Source: Methanobacteriota archaeon
Lineage (GTDB): Archaea; Thermoplasmatota; Thermoplasmata; SG8-5; JAGLSY01
NCBI GenBank assembly: GCA_020696385.1
Contig: JAEHCQ010000002.1
Location: 192,001-256,000, forward strand
Direction: 5' to 3'
DNA: 64,000 bases
The first letter of the stretch is position 1. Every line of letters begins with the position of its first letter. The notes beneath the pieces were generated by a model, which had not been told where the DNA came from, did not search any database, and saw only the letters and a program-made list of their open reading frames with translations. This document shows positions 29,971 to 40,444 of the stretch, in pieces. A program made the translations under genes and the position numbers.

Positions 29971-32547
29971 ATGAGCGAAAGTAACCGGATAACCGTATGT
30001 GCCAGTCTACTTTCGACAATAATTGATAGCAATAAAGAACTTCTTGTAGAGCTTCAATTCACCAATGCCATTGGCAGATATAGAAAAGAACATCCGGTAC
30101 TGGACAGGCTGGTCATTTCGGATGATCTTGTCATAGATGCGACCCAACTACCTGATTCTGAAGCCGCGGTTATCGGTATTAAGGCTCTTATAAAAGCTGC
30201 CAAGGGTATCATGGAAATATTCCTTGGTAGTAAGGAAGCTGAAGAGGCCATCATGGAACCTGCGAAGAAGTTCCAAGATGTGCATGGTCCAGATATAGAG
30301 AAATATGAGCTTATGAATTTCTTTCCAGAATTGTTCGGATATTCTGGCGGAGTGGATCTTGAAGGATTGAGGGGGGAAAATGAACTTGAGCAGATATCTG
30401 CTATTTTCTCCAGATTGTTCTCCACCACATTAAAAGCTGAGGGTATAGGTCGATTGGGTATCGAAAATGTCGTGAGAGATCTGAAGTTCATCAAGGGCAT
30501 ACAGATAAATGGTGAGGATGTGAGGATATATCTTCTTCCAGATTCAGACATTGAGAATGTTCTGGATGGTTTATCCGACTCCTTCAATGCCCTGGAAGTT
30601 CCGGTGCATATCGTTACTCCGGAAATAAAGAAATTCGGATCGCTCATCGAAGAACTGGGCGTGCTCAAGAAACTATATGGGGGTCTTCTTTCCACAAAGG
30701 TCGAGTTTGGAATATCGGTACTGGATGATGCTCTGGGAAATGAGATATCCAAGGAATACGTCATGCTATTGCGTGGACCAAAAGGCATGCCGAAAGATAT
30801 GGTATCCATGATATATGCCAAAAAAGGACTGGAAAGTGGAGGGGATGTGGTTTACGTATGTTCTATGGAATCGCCAAAAAGTGTGATGAAACGATTTGAA
30901 CTTATAGGGGTGGATGCAAACCAGTATATTGAGGATAAAAAATTGGTTTTCATAGACTGGTACAGCAAGAACATGGAACGTGTTCAGGGTGTGGAAGTTG
31001 AAGGAGGGGTCATCAAATGCTCTGATGATCTTACCAATGTCGGGGTCGCACTGGACATCGCTTTCCGTAATCTGGAAGATAATCCATCCAGAAGGGCCAT
31101 CGTGGATCTTATCTCGCCCGCCAGTGTGGTGCATGATTTCGAGACCACACTTGATTTTCTTACCGCCCTGTGTGCGAAATTGAGATCAAAGGATTGCTTC
31201 AGTCTCGTGACTCTGAGTGACGCCATGCACGATAGGCGGGAATTGAGCGCGATGCAGGATAATTTTGATGGTGTTCTGAAAATAGACAGAAAGGTGAAGA
31301 ATGGGGTTATCAAGCACAGCATCAATGTCATGTCATTCTCCGGCATGTTCAATTCAGAGAAGATGGATATTGAGATAGACGCTCGCGGTATCACCTTTGG
31401 TGATCCCGTGATCGGAAGATCGAGCTACGAGGCTTTTGTGGGACCGGGGATCGATAGATTATCCACGGGTATTCCGGGATTGGAAATTCTAACCGGTGGA
31501 GGACTTCCCCGGAAAGGTTCCTTCCTTGTTCTGATCCCTGCTGGTCTTTTCCCTTCCGAGATAATAACACAGTTCTCGGTAGATTGTCTAACAAAAGATC
31601 ATAGCCTTGTCATGGTGGTTTCCACGACATCGCCAGCGGAGTTCATCGCCAAGATACAGCAGAAAGGCATCCTGACACCTCCCTTGATGGAGAGCAATCA
31701 TATGAGGATCGTGGATTGGCATAGCCAGAGGAACCAGAGGATAATGGGTGTGGAGGACAGAGGAGGTGTTCTATGCTCCTCTGTTGACATCATGCATCTT
31801 GGTGTGGCTGTCGATCTTGCCCTGAAGCAGATGGATTATGATAAAGAAACGCAGGCTGTTGTCGATACTTTGTCCTCTTCCTTGAGGGATTATGATCTTC
31901 GAACAGTGTATCAATTCACCCAATCACTGAGGGCGAAATTCCATAAAAGAGGGATTACGTCTTTCATGATACTGGAAAAAGGAACACAGAATGAAAAAAT
32001 ACTGGCCACCATGGAAGAGATCTTTGACGGAACCATCGATATTTCGGACATCGATGGGCAACTGGAAATTGGAATTCTTGGATTGAAGGACTCGCATTTC
32101 GACACGCAGTACAGACCTTTGCTCAAGATGAGAAGTGGAATGTCGATAGATATCACTGGGAAGGTCAACAGGATGGAGGATCTGGCCTCCGCATCCATGG
32201 GAGGAGGTGTCTCGGATGACGTGGTCAAATCCATAAATGCGGAATTGAACACAGTGCATAAGGACAGGGAGAAACTGGAAAAGAAGGCGCTTGAATTGGA
32301 AGAGAAAGAAAAAGAATTCAAGGACAGGATCGAAATGCTTCAATTCAAGATATCACAGCTTGAGGATGATAAGATGATGAGAGATCAGGGCCATGATGAA
32401 CTTGCCAGGATCTTCACGATACTGGATGATATGCTGGATGATCTTCCGGACAAGACGATTGAAGAATTTGCGAAAAGTGATAAGTTCAAGCTTTACAATA
32501 AAGTGCTCGATAAATACCTGGGTGATGAAGATGATGGATCCGATTGA
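29971..32547 (+). CDS. Protein with two degenerate KaiC-like domains and C-terminal coiled coil
   Basis: FGISVLDDALG..GPKGMPKD and STGIPGLEILTGGGLP..; IDWY/VDWH repeats; heptads near the C-terminus. Confidence 0.75.
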   Translation: MSESNRITVCASLLSTIIDSNKELLVELQFTNAIGRYRKEHPVLDRLVISDDLVIDATQLPDSEAAVIGIKALIKAAKGIMEIFLGSKEAEEAIMEPAKKFQDVHGPDIEKYELMNFFPELFGYSGGVDLEGLRGENELEQISAIFSRLFSTTLKAEGIGRLGIENVVRDLKFIKGIQINGEDVRIYLLPDSDIENVLDGLSDSFNALEVPVHIVTPEIKKFGSLIEELGVLKKLYGGLLSTKVEFGISVLDDALGNEISKEYVMLLRGPKGMPKDMVSMIYAKKGLESGGDVVYVCSMESPKSVMKRFELIGVDANQYIEDKKLVFIDWYSKNMERVQGVEVEGGVIKCSDDLTNVGVALDIAFRNLEDNPSRRAIVDLISPASVVHDFETTLDFLTALCAKLRSKDCFSLVTLSDAMHDRRELSAMQDNFDGVLKIDRKVKNGVIKHSINVMSFSGMFNSEKMDIEIDARGITFGDPVIGRSSYEAFVGPGIDRLSTGIPGLEILTGGGLPRKGSFLVLIPAGLFPSEIITQFSVDCLTKDHSLVMVVSTTSPAEFIAKIQQKGILTPPLMESNHMRIVDWHSQRNQRIMGVEDRGGVLCSSVDIMHLGVAVDLALKQMDYDKETQAVVDTLSSSLRDYDLRTVYQFTQSLRAKFHKRGITSFMILEKGTQNEKILATMEEIFDGTIDISDIDGQLEIGILGLKDSHFDTQYRPLLKMRSGMSIDITGKVNRMEDLASASMGGGVSDDVVKSINAELNTVHKDREKLEKKALELEEKEKEFKDRIEMLQFKISQLEDDKMMRDQGHDELARIFTILDDMLDDLPDKTIEEFAKSDKFKLYNKVLDKYLGDEDDGSD

Positions 32548-34021
32548 ATCAAAAGTTCTTGACATAAATTCAGAGGCTTATGGAATAAGAACTGACCAGC
32601 TTATGACCAATGCTGGAAATGCACTGGCTGATGAAATAAATATGAGATATCCTGGCGGGAAGATCTCCATTATTTGTGGAACAGGCAACAATGGGGGCGA
32701 TGGTTTTGTCGCGGCCAGAAAACTGCACGAGCTCGGTAGAGATGTGATCGTCCTTCTTGTGAAAGGAAAGGATGATGTGCGTGGAGAAGTGGCCAGGTAC
32801 ATGCTCCAGCAAATAGAGGGGAAGATACAGATAATGGAAAATGCCAGGCCAGAGGATATTGGAGAGGCTGAAATAATATTGGATAGTAATCCAAATATAA
32901 TTTCGGATAGTGATCCAGGGGTAATCCTGGATAGTATGCTGGGCACTGGAATGAAAGGGAACATCAGGGAGCCTTTCAGAGCCTGGATAGAGGCCATCAA
33001 TGCAAGTTCCAAGATAATTATTTCAACCGATATTCCAAGTGGTCTTGGAGCTGACATATGCGTCAAGCCTGCCATGACCATCACCTTCCATGATGTGAAG
33101 GATGGAATGGATGCGGTTAATTCCGGAGAGATCATTATCATAGATATTGGGATCCCAAAGGAGGCTGTTGATATCATTGGACTGGGGGAGTTCGAGTATT
33201 ACCCCAGACCTTCAACGGATTCCCACAAGGGAGAGAATGGAAGATTACTGATAATTGGAGGCGGACCGTACACTGGAGCTGCAGCTTTGGCTGGCCTGGC
33301 CGCGTACAGAGTGGGGGCGGATCTTGTGACCATCGCCACCCCGGAGAATTGTTTTGTTCCAATCGCATCTTACTCGCCAAATTTCATTGTAAGACCATTA
33401 TCGGGAAATATCATCCAGCCAGAACATGTGGAGGATCTTCTGGAAATGGCCGAGAATAAAGATGCTGTACTTATCGGTCCTGGCATCGGTAGAGATAATA
33501 GAACATTGATAGCGGTTCGGGAATTCCTGGCAAAAATACAGAAGCCAGTGGTGGTAGATGCTGATGCTCTAACTGCGATATCAGGACACCTTGACCTGTT
33601 TGAGAAGGTCAAGTCACATGGCGTACTGACACCACACGGCGGTGTATTAACACCGCACAGTGGTGAATTCCAGAAGCTTGTGGAGGATCTTGAGGATGCG
33701 TCGATTAAGAAGCTTGCTGATAAAGTGGGTTTAACGGTCATTCTGAAGGGGAAGACCGATCTGGTATCCGATGGTCGCATGACGAAGAAGAACCTCACAG
33801 GAAACCCCGCAATGACGGTTGGCGGGACAGGCGATGTGCTTGCAGGGCTTGTAGCCGGGCTCGTGGCAAAAGAGATAGACCCTTTTGCCGCGGCCAGGAT
33901 GGGTGTTTTCATATCGGGAGCGGCTGGCGACAATGCATTTGAAAAACTGGGCTATTCATTAACAGCAATTGATATCATTGAGGAAGTGCCGATGGTGCTG
34001 AAGACTTGCCTGAAGATGTGA
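32531..34021 (+). CDS. nnr: Bifunctional NAD(P)HX epimerase/dehydratase
   Basis: GTGNNGGDG, DIPSG, HKGENG, GPGIG, DADAL, GGTGDVLAG; SD ggtga before ATG 32531. Confidence 0.92.
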   Translation: MMDPIESKVLDINSEAYGIRTDQLMTNAGNALADEINMRYPGGKISIICGTGNNGGDGFVAARKLHELGRDVIVLLVKGKDDVRGEVARYMLQQIEGKIQIMENARPEDIGEAEIILDSNPNIISDSDPGVILDSMLGTGMKGNIREPFRAWIEAINASSKIIISTDIPSGLGADICVKPAMTITFHDVKDGMDAVNSGEIIIIDIGIPKEAVDIIGLGEFEYYPRPSTDSHKGENGRLLIIGGGPYTGAAALAGLAAYRVGADLVTIATPENCFVPIASYSPNFIVRPLSGNIIQPEHVEDLLEMAENKDAVLIGPGIGRDNRTLIAVREFLAKIQKPVVVDADALTAISGHLDLFEKVKSHGVLTPHGGVLTPHSGEFQKLVEDLEDASIKKLADKVGLTVILKGKTDLVSDGRMTKKNLTGNPAMTVGGTGDVLAGLVAGLVAKEIDPFAAARMGVFISGAAGDNAFEKLGYSLTAIDIIEEVPMVLKTCLKM

Positions 34022-34081
34022 ATTAGGATATCAATAATTTAAGATCACATATACATGAATTATACTAGAAAATATGAAAGG

Positions 34082-34107
34082 AATGCCCCCGATATCTCAG
34101 GGGCATT
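34082..34107. terminator. Hairpin between convergent genes
   Basis: aatgcccc...ggggcatt. Confidence 0.5.
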
Positions 34108-34116
34108 ATTCCGCGA

Positions 34117-34593
34117 CTACTCAAAATGCTTATCGAACTTGCCACGTCTCATCTGGTCCTGGAATTGCTTGGGGTCAAGTCCTTCAACTTCCACACCCAT
34201 GGACACACATGTGCCAGCGACTTCCATAACCCTTTCTTTCAGAGTAGTGCCCAGCAAGGAATCCTGCTTCATCTCACCAACCCTCTTTATCTGGTCGATG
34301 GTCATACTCCCCACCTTGACGTTCGGCGCATTGCCGGATCCGCTGGCCAGCTTGAGTTCTTTTAGGACTAGCGCACTGGTCGGTGGTGTTCCCACAGATA
34401 TCTCATAAGCCTTGGTCTTTGGGTCGATCGTTAGCTTGACTGGCACCTTCATTCCCACGAAGGCCTTTGTCTTTTCATTTATAGCGCCGACGATCTCCAC
34501 AACATTTACTCCCAATGGGCCAAGTGCTGGTCCCAATGGTGGTCCTGGTGTGGCCTTTCCGCCGTCCACAAGTACTTCTATTTTTTCTGCCAT
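34117..34593 (-). CDS. rpl11: 50S ribosomal protein L11
   Basis: GGKATPGPPLGPALGPLG, GTCVSMGV. Confidence 0.97.
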   Translation of the reverse strand: MAEKIEVLVDGGKATPGPPLGPALGPLGVNVVEIVGAINEKTKAFVGMKVPVKLTIDPKTKAYEISVGTPPTSALVLKELKLASGSGNAPNVKVGSMTIDQIKRVGEMKQDSLLGTTLKERVMEVAGTCVSMGVEVEGLDPKQFQDQMRRGKFDKHFE

Positions 34594-34615
34594 TTGTTCA
34601 ACTCCTGAATTGTAA

Positions 34616-35527
34616 TTATCTATCCTTTTCTATCACCCGAACACTGTCACCCTTGACAGTCACTGGTATGGGCACGAGAGCCTCGAAAAGCTCCACTGTT
34701 ATTTCTTCCTTGCCCTCATCTATCATCTGAACTCTCGCCTTCTCACCCTTGAATGGTCCGGCAATGAGCTCCACTATGTCCCCTTCGACAATTCCTGATA
34801 CCAATGGTTTCGGTGTCAGATAATGCGTTATCTCGTCAAAGGTCATCTCACCTTCCACAACACCTCTGGCTCTCTTGATCCCGCGCACGGTCTCAGCCAA
34901 ACGATCTGTGTTCATTGCTTCGACAATGATGTATCCTCTCAAAGCATTGGGGCATAATATGGATTGCACTCCCAGGTCCTTACTTCTGGCAGACAGTGTA
35001 TCGGCCACAGTTCTTTCATGGCCTATCTGGGTCTTTATTGCCAGAACAGATTGCTGAGCTGTTGTTCTTAAGGTTATCGAATCTGATATCGCTCTATTGG
35101 TTAGGGATGTGGCAGTTACGACGACATTCATCGTATCTCCATATCTCGCACCTCGTGGTGAAGAAACGGCTAATACAAGCTCTATGGATTCGCCACCAGG
35201 CAATTTCAATTCCTTGCCTTTCAGGCTTCCCTTGATGACTTCCCAGGGCTTGCCGCCCTTCTGCCTCAAGGACACATGCCATTCTGCGGCATCTTCGCCA
35301 AGGCTTGTTGCCGCCAAAAGATCCGCAGATATTTCTATAGTATCTTTGCTGGAACCTTCATTCTTCAATAAAAAGCGATAATTGCTCTCTATTCCAGTGG
35401 TGATAGTTCTCCTATCCTCGCCAATTGTTATCAATGATACTGTTCTCTGAACATATGGCTCATGGGATGCCACGGCCTTATCATTGTCTTCCTCATTGTC
35501 CTTTTCAACACCATCTAATAATGACAT
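34616..35527 (-). CDS. spt5: Transcription elongation factor Spt5 with N-terminal extension
   Basis: NGN (KTQIGHE, LRGYIIVEA) and KOW (GDIVELIAGPFKGEKA) in the C-terminal half. Confidence 0.92.
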   Translation of the reverse strand: MSLLDGVEKDNEEDNDKAVASHEPYVQRTVSLITIGEDRRTITTGIESNYRFLLKNEGSSKDTIEISADLLAATSLGEDAAEWHVSLRQKGGKPWEVIKGSLKGKELKLPGGESIELVLAVSSPRGARYGDTMNVVVTATSLTNRAISDSITLRTTAQQSVLAIKTQIGHERTVADTLSARSKDLGVQSILCPNALRGYIIVEAMNTDRLAETVRGIKRARGVVEGEMTFDEITHYLTPKPLVSGIVEGDIVELIAGPFKGEKARVQMIDEGKEEITVELFEALVPIPVTVKGDSVRVIEKDR

Positions 35528-35549
35528 AATATCACCTTAAACATAAATT

Positions 35550-35786
35550 TCAGAACAGGGCCCATCCAAGATGGATCGGAAGCCTGTACCATAGCCAGTA
35601 TATCAGGAATCCCAGGCCGCCCATAAGGATCAGGCCAAGGCTGGTTATCTGCAATATCTTCACGTATTCCTCTGTCTCTGGTTTTCTGGCCATCTTCAGA
35701 ACTCGGCCATACTTGCCCTTACCAAGATTTCTGGCTTTATCTTCGATCTTGTTTTGAACTTTCCATGATTCATCGACTATATCCAT
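35550..35786 (-). CDS. secE: SecE/Sec61-gamma
   Basis: YGRVLKMARKP..EEY then TM; position between ftsZ and spt5. Confidence 0.92.
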   Translation of the reverse strand: MDIVDESWKVQNKIEDKARNLGKGKYGRVLKMARKPETEEYVKILQITSLGLILMGGLGFLIYWLWYRLPIHLGWALF

Positions 35787-35818
35787 TGTGTTCAGCTCCT
35801 TTGAGTTTTTGTATTTAC

Positions 35819-36931
35819 CTAGTTGATCAGGTCCAGACCTACCTTGCTGGTCTTGGCTCCTTCCTCGCGAGAGTACATCTGATTGGATTTAACACCAGTG
35901 ATGACCACCATTACGCGTATCTTTCCCTCTAATTCCGGATCCACGGCAGCTCCCCAGATGATCCGGGCATTACCGCTTATTCTGGATTGTACGATCTCGG
36001 CCACTTCTTCAGCTTCAGCAATGGACATGTCCGGGCCGCCAGTGACATTTACCAAGGCACCAGCCGCATCTGAGATATCCACGTCTATAAGTGGGGAATT
36101 GATCGCTTCATTGACAGCTTCTGATGCTCTGTCCTCGTCCTCGGCTTCACCGAGTCCGATCATGGCCACGCCTCCGCCACGCATGATGGTCTTGAGGTCA
36201 TTGAAGTCAAGATTGACCAAACCAGGTTTGGTCACAACTTCCGTTATGCCCTTGATGGATCTCATCAAAACCTCGTCCGCAACCTTGAAAGCTGCTGTAA
36301 CTGACAAGCGTGGAACAAGATCCAGTAGCTTGTCATTTGGTATGACTATGACCGTGTCTGCCACGTCCCTTAGCCTTTCCAAACCATAATTCGCATTCTC
36401 TTGTCTGATATTGCCCTCTGCTTTGAAGGGGGCTGTGCAAATAGCAATGGCAAGTGCTCCCATTTCCTTCGCCATCTGAGCAACGACCGGTGCAGAGCCA
36501 GTGCCTGTACCACCGCCAAGACCGCATGTGACAAATACAATATCTGCTCCTGTCAGGGCTGCTTTGATCTCTTCTTCAGCTTCCCTTGCAGCCTCTTCTC
36601 CAACCTGTGGAAGTGCTCCAGCGCCAAGTCCTCTTGTAGCTCTTCTACCAAGGAGGATCTTGTGTGGAACATGCACTGTCAGGAGATGCTGGGCATCCGT
36701 GTTCAATGCATAGAGCTCCGCGCCCATTATTCCAGAATCGACAAGCCTATCGACGGTATTGCTACCGCCACCACCGCAACCAAATATCTTGATATTGGTC
36801 TTCAAACCTGCCAGTATTCTCTCTAATTCTTCGTCCTGCGCACTAAGGCCTCCAACTTTGGCAGTTGGGGATTCTTGTGGCATGGTCTCTGATGTGGACC
36901 GGGATAATACCTCTTTTACAATAGAGCTCAT
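35819..36931 (-). CDS. ftsZ: Cell division protein FtsZ
   Basis: GGGGSN, GGGTGTG, NLDFNDL. Confidence 0.96.
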   Translation of the reverse strand: MSSIVKEVLSRSTSETMPQESPTAKVGGLSAQDEELERILAGLKTNIKIFGCGGGGSNTVDRLVDSGIMGAELYALNTDAQHLLTVHVPHKILLGRRATRGLGAGALPQVGEEAAREAEEEIKAALTGADIVFVTCGLGGGTGTGSAPVVAQMAKEMGALAIAICTAPFKAEGNIRQENANYGLERLRDVADTVIVIPNDKLLDLVPRLSVTAAFKVADEVLMRSIKGITEVVTKPGLVNLDFNDLKTIMRGGGVAMIGLGEAEDEDRASEAVNEAINSPLIDVDISDAAGALVNVTGGPDMSIAEAEEVAEIVQSRISGNARIIWGAAVDPELEGKIRVMVVITGVKSNQMYSREEGAKTSKVGLDLIN

Positions 36932-37110
36932 ATGTACACCTACCGTATTGATTTACGATGTTAGCATGACATGAATGATGATATATTAAAACATCGGTAA
37001 TGCCTTACCAACTATCACCCTTAATTAATTTAGCTATATAAAAGGTTTCGTTTGATGGGATACTGATATATCAATGATATCGAGGTGTGGATTGAGCCTG
37101 GAAATCCTCA

Positions 37111-38433
37111 TTAGTCGGATTCCGGTAAAGAGAATGATGTTCGCATTCTCTTCAACGGCATCGCCAGATGTCTAAGGGCGCTGGTCGTAGGCTCGTACCA
37201 TTTCTCTTCCAGATCTCTGATCTCTTCTGTGAACTCCGCATCCTGCTCCTTCGCCTTCTTACCACACTTGGCGCATCTGTAACCTTGACCACGACCGATG
37301 GACTTCATGGCCTTGGAGCAGTTCTGGCATATGGGATTGGATGTCTTTATCCTGTGAGGTGCTAAAGAATCCACATGGATCTTCTCCACATTGATGGTGA
37401 ATGGCTCTTCCCGCACACCACCGAGAACTGTCAGTACATCGCCCACCCTCAATTTCATGCCAATATCCCTGAACTTTTTGGCTGGCTCGTATATGGTGCA
37501 ATCCACCTCCTTGCCTCGTGAGGATATGCCGAATACCAGATGTCCGCCACCTATCATGACTGGGTGTTTTGACACCATTCCCGTCGTCATAACGGAAGAA
37601 TATGGCTCCAGACCTCCCAGGGGTTTGGGAACAATGTGGTCGTCCGTGCCCTGATTGCTCAGATACAATAGCCAACGGTCTGGCCTCTCGGATTTGATAA
37701 TGTCCATGGCCTTTGGGAGAATGGGTTCGCTGTCTCCCCTGATCCCAAATAGAATTGGACATGGAGAGTTGGGGGCGATAATCATGTGCTTTTCCTCATA
37801 GTCATAATTATTGAAGGTGGAATAGAATTTCTTGTCCATGGCGATGACACTGGCCTCGTCGATCTCCCTCTTTGTCCCCCACCTTTCCTTCTCACGGTAG
37901 GCGATTAGCTCGTATGTGCGATCCCGGGGCTTCCACGCAGTTGCCGCGGTCGCGCCTATCAGTCCGCGACCGTTCTTGTATCCACGTTTGAACTTGGGCT
38001 CGGTGATTATCCACAAGCCCTCCTGTGTCACGATATTTCGAACCGCTTGCCAGTATATCCTTTCCGAGGGTTTGGTATCGTACATCACGATACCAGGATT
38101 TGTCTTCTCATCCTCGAACATGGACAGTTCTTTCACCACCGCGCACGCCCTCTCGAAATCTTCTTCTGTCGAAGGAGTGGAGGCACCGTAATAATAGCCC
38201 CAGATATCCTTACCGTCAATATTACCGACGATCTTTTTCTCACCCTGGCCCTTGCCAAAAAGTATGGAGACCGCGGCATTACCCCGGGTCTTCCACGGAA
38301 CATTCGGGTTCAGTCGTACAAGTCGAGGATTTCCAATTATATCGTATTCACTGAACTCCCTGATCAATTCAGTGGCCAGGTACGTGGTGCACATCCCGCT
38401 TGTGGAATCAGTGTCGTCTACCCCGATGTAAAT
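37111..38433 (-). CDS. tiaS: tRNA(Ile2) agmatinylcytidine synthetase
   Basis: YIGVDDTDS upstream of track start, RLNPNVPWKTRGN, NQGTDDH, Zn ribbon, RHLAMP; start inferred at ATT 38433. Confidence 0.9.
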   Translation of the reverse strand: MYIGVDDTDSTSGMCTTYLATELIREFSEYDIIGNPRLVRLNPNVPWKTRGNAAVSILFGKGQGEKKIVGNIDGKDIWGYYYGASTPSTEEDFERACAVVKELSMFEDEKTNPGIVMYDTKPSERIYWQAVRNIVTQEGLWIITEPKFKRGYKNGRGLIGATAATAWKPRDRTYELIAYREKERWGTKREIDEASVIAMDKKFYSTFNNYDYEEKHMIIAPNSPCPILFGIRGDSEPILPKAMDIIKSERPDRWLLYLSNQGTDDHIVPKPLGGLEPYSSVMTTGMVSKHPVMIGGGHLVFGISSRGKEVDCTIYEPAKKFRDIGMKLRVGDVLTVLGGVREEPFTINVEKIHVDSLAPHRIKTSNPICQNCSKAMKSIGRGQGYRCAKCGKKAKEQDAEFTEEIRDLEEKWYEPTTSALRHLAMPLKRMRTSFSLPESD

Positions 38434-38567
38434 GATACTACCTCATCAATAGGAATGTGATGGGAGTCATATAATTTTGCATTCCAAATGGTAGTTGACT
38501 TAGCAATAAAGCTTTTATAGAAGTTCAAACTCTTGGGGGAGTCCAAATTCCCATATGGGGAGGTAAA

Positions 38568-38627
38568 TTGAAAGCGAGAGCGTGGCGATTGCTTTCAAAT
38601 TTCCGTAATGAAATGGAGGAAATCAAT
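38568..38627 (+). promoter_or_regulatory. Structured pre-start-codon element, copy C (short)
   Basis: ttgaaagcgagagcgtggcgattgctttcaa atttccgtaatgaaatggaggaaatcaat then ATG. Confidence 0.75.
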
Positions 38628-40277
38628 ATGCAAGGACAACAACCAATTATAGTATTAAGAGAAGGAGCGAAGGACATGAAGGGCAGGGGCGCCCAGCTCA
38701 ACAACATAGCGGCAGCAAAAGCTGTAGCTGAGGCAGTGCGCTCGACCTTGGGTCCAAAAGGAATGGACAAGATGCTTGTCGATGGAATGGGAGATGTCGT
38801 CATCACAAATGATGGAGCCACCATCCTGAAGGAGATCGACATCGAGCACCCGGCCGCCAAGATGGTCGTCGAGGTTGCCAAGACCCAGGACAATGAGTGC
38901 GGGGATGGAACAACATCCGCAGTCGTACTGGCTGGCGAATTACTGAAGAAAGCTGAAGATCTTATCGAACACAATGTGCACCCGACAGTCATAGCAAATG
39001 GATACAGACTGGCTTCTATCGAGGCCATCAACATCCTGAACAAACTGGGTATCAAGGTCAGCCCAACAGATGGGAAGGCCCTGAAGAGTGTGGCTATGAC
39101 CGCGATGACCGGAAAGAGCATTGGAACCGAAAAGGTCTATCTCGCAGACATAACTGTCAAGGCAGTGAAGGCAGTTGCCCAGAAGTCTGGATCAAAATAC
39201 GTTGTCGACATCGACAATATAAAGATCGAGAAGAAGACTGGTGGAAATGTCAGTGATTCAGAGCTCATCGAGGGTATCATACTGGACAAGGAAAAGGTCC
39301 ACCCAAGGATGCCAAGCTCTGTTAAGAACGCGAAGATCGCACTCATCGATTCCGCTCTCGAGATCAAGAAGACCGAAGTGGATGCTAAGATCCAGATCAC
39401 AGACCCAACACAATTGCAGGCTTTCCTGGATGAGGAAGAGAAGACACTTAAGAAGAAAGTGGACCTCATCAAGAAATCAGGCGCAAATGTCGTCTTCTGC
39501 CAGAAGGGCGTGGACGATCTGGTCCAGCACTACCTGGCCAAGGAGAACATCTTCACCATACGCAGGATAAAGAAATCCGACATGGAAAAACTTTCCATGG
39601 CGACTGGTGGTCACGTCGTCACCAACCTCGAGGACATCAAGAAGTCCGACCTCGGAATTGCCGGCATGGTGGAAGAGAGGAAGGTCGCTGACAGTGACAT
39701 GACATTCGTCACTGGCTGCAAGGATGCAAAATCTGTATCCATACTCATCCGCGGAGCAACAGAACACGTCATCGATGAGAGTGACAGGGCTCTGCACGAT
39801 GCTTTGAAAGTAGTGGCAGTCGCAGTCGAAGATGGAATGGTCATACCAGGCGGTGGATCAGCCGAGATCGAATTATCAATGGGCTTGACAAAGTTCGGAA
39901 CCAAGATCGGTGGCAGGGAACAGCTGGCCATAGAGGCTTATGCAAAGGCCACAGAGATCATCCCATGGACATTGGCAGAGAACGCTGGTCTGGATTCTAT
40001 CGACATCCTCATCAAACTGAGAAGCGAACATGAAGGAAAGAAGATGAAGACAGCCGGTATCAATGTGGATAATGGTAAAGTGGTTGATATGAAGAAGCTC
40101 AATATCATCGAGCCACTCAGGGTCAAGACCCAGGCAATAGAGTCAGCTACCGAAGTGGCAAATATGATCCTCAGGATAGATGACGTCATAGCCGGTAAGA
40201 AGATGGCTGGCGGCCCACCAGGCGGCGCAGGTGGCATGCCTCCAGGAATGGGCGGCATGGGCGGAATGGACTTCTGA
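38628..40277 (+). CDS. Thermosome (group II chaperonin) subunit
   Basis: [27 protein letters not shown] tail. Confidence 0.97.
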   Translation: MQGQQPIIVLREGAKDMKGRGAQLNNIAAAKAVAEAVRSTLGPKGMDKMLVDGMGDVVITNDGATILKEIDIEHPAAKMVVEVAKTQDNECGDGTTSAVVLAGELLKKAEDLIEHNVHPTVIANGYRLASIEAINILNKLGIKVSPTDGKALKSVAMTAMTGKSIGTEKVYLADITVKAVKAVAQKSGSKYVVDIDNIKIEKKTGGNVSDSELIEGIILDKEKVHPRMPSSVKNAKIALIDSALEIKKTEVDAKIQITDPTQLQAFLDEEEKTLKKKVDLIKKSGANVVFCQKGVDDLVQHYLAKENIFTIRRIKKSDMEKLSMATGGHVVTNLEDIKKSDLGIAGMVEERKVADSDMTFVTGCKDAKSVSILIRGATEHVIDESDRALHDALKVVAVAVEDGMVIPGGGSAEIELSMGLTKFGTKIGGREQLAIEAYAKATEIIPWTLAENAGLDSIDILIKLRSEHEGKKMKTAGINVDNGKVVDMKKLNIIEPLRVKTQAIESATEVANMILRIDDVIAGKKMAGGPPGGAGGMPPGMGGMGGMDF

Positions 40278-40332
40278 GTTCGTTCGAACTCCTGAGTTCA
40301 TACCTCACATACCAACCATCAAAAATGAGAAT

Positions 40333-40360
40333 AAAACCCCGCTGAAAAATGCGGGGTTTT
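40333..40360 (+). terminator. Hairpin downstream of thermosome
   Basis: aaaaccccgc-8nt-gcggggtttt. Confidence 0.6.
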
Positions 40361-40444
40361 CCCCTTTACCTTCTGATTTTATCGATAATATGGGCTTTGG
40401 GAAATCCCAAATAAGTAATATATATCGACCAGCCATTCTGTTGT

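Noticed and set aside
32393-32530. N-terminal extension of Nnr in the ORF track
   Set aside because: Overlaps the upstream gene; SD and homology start at 32531
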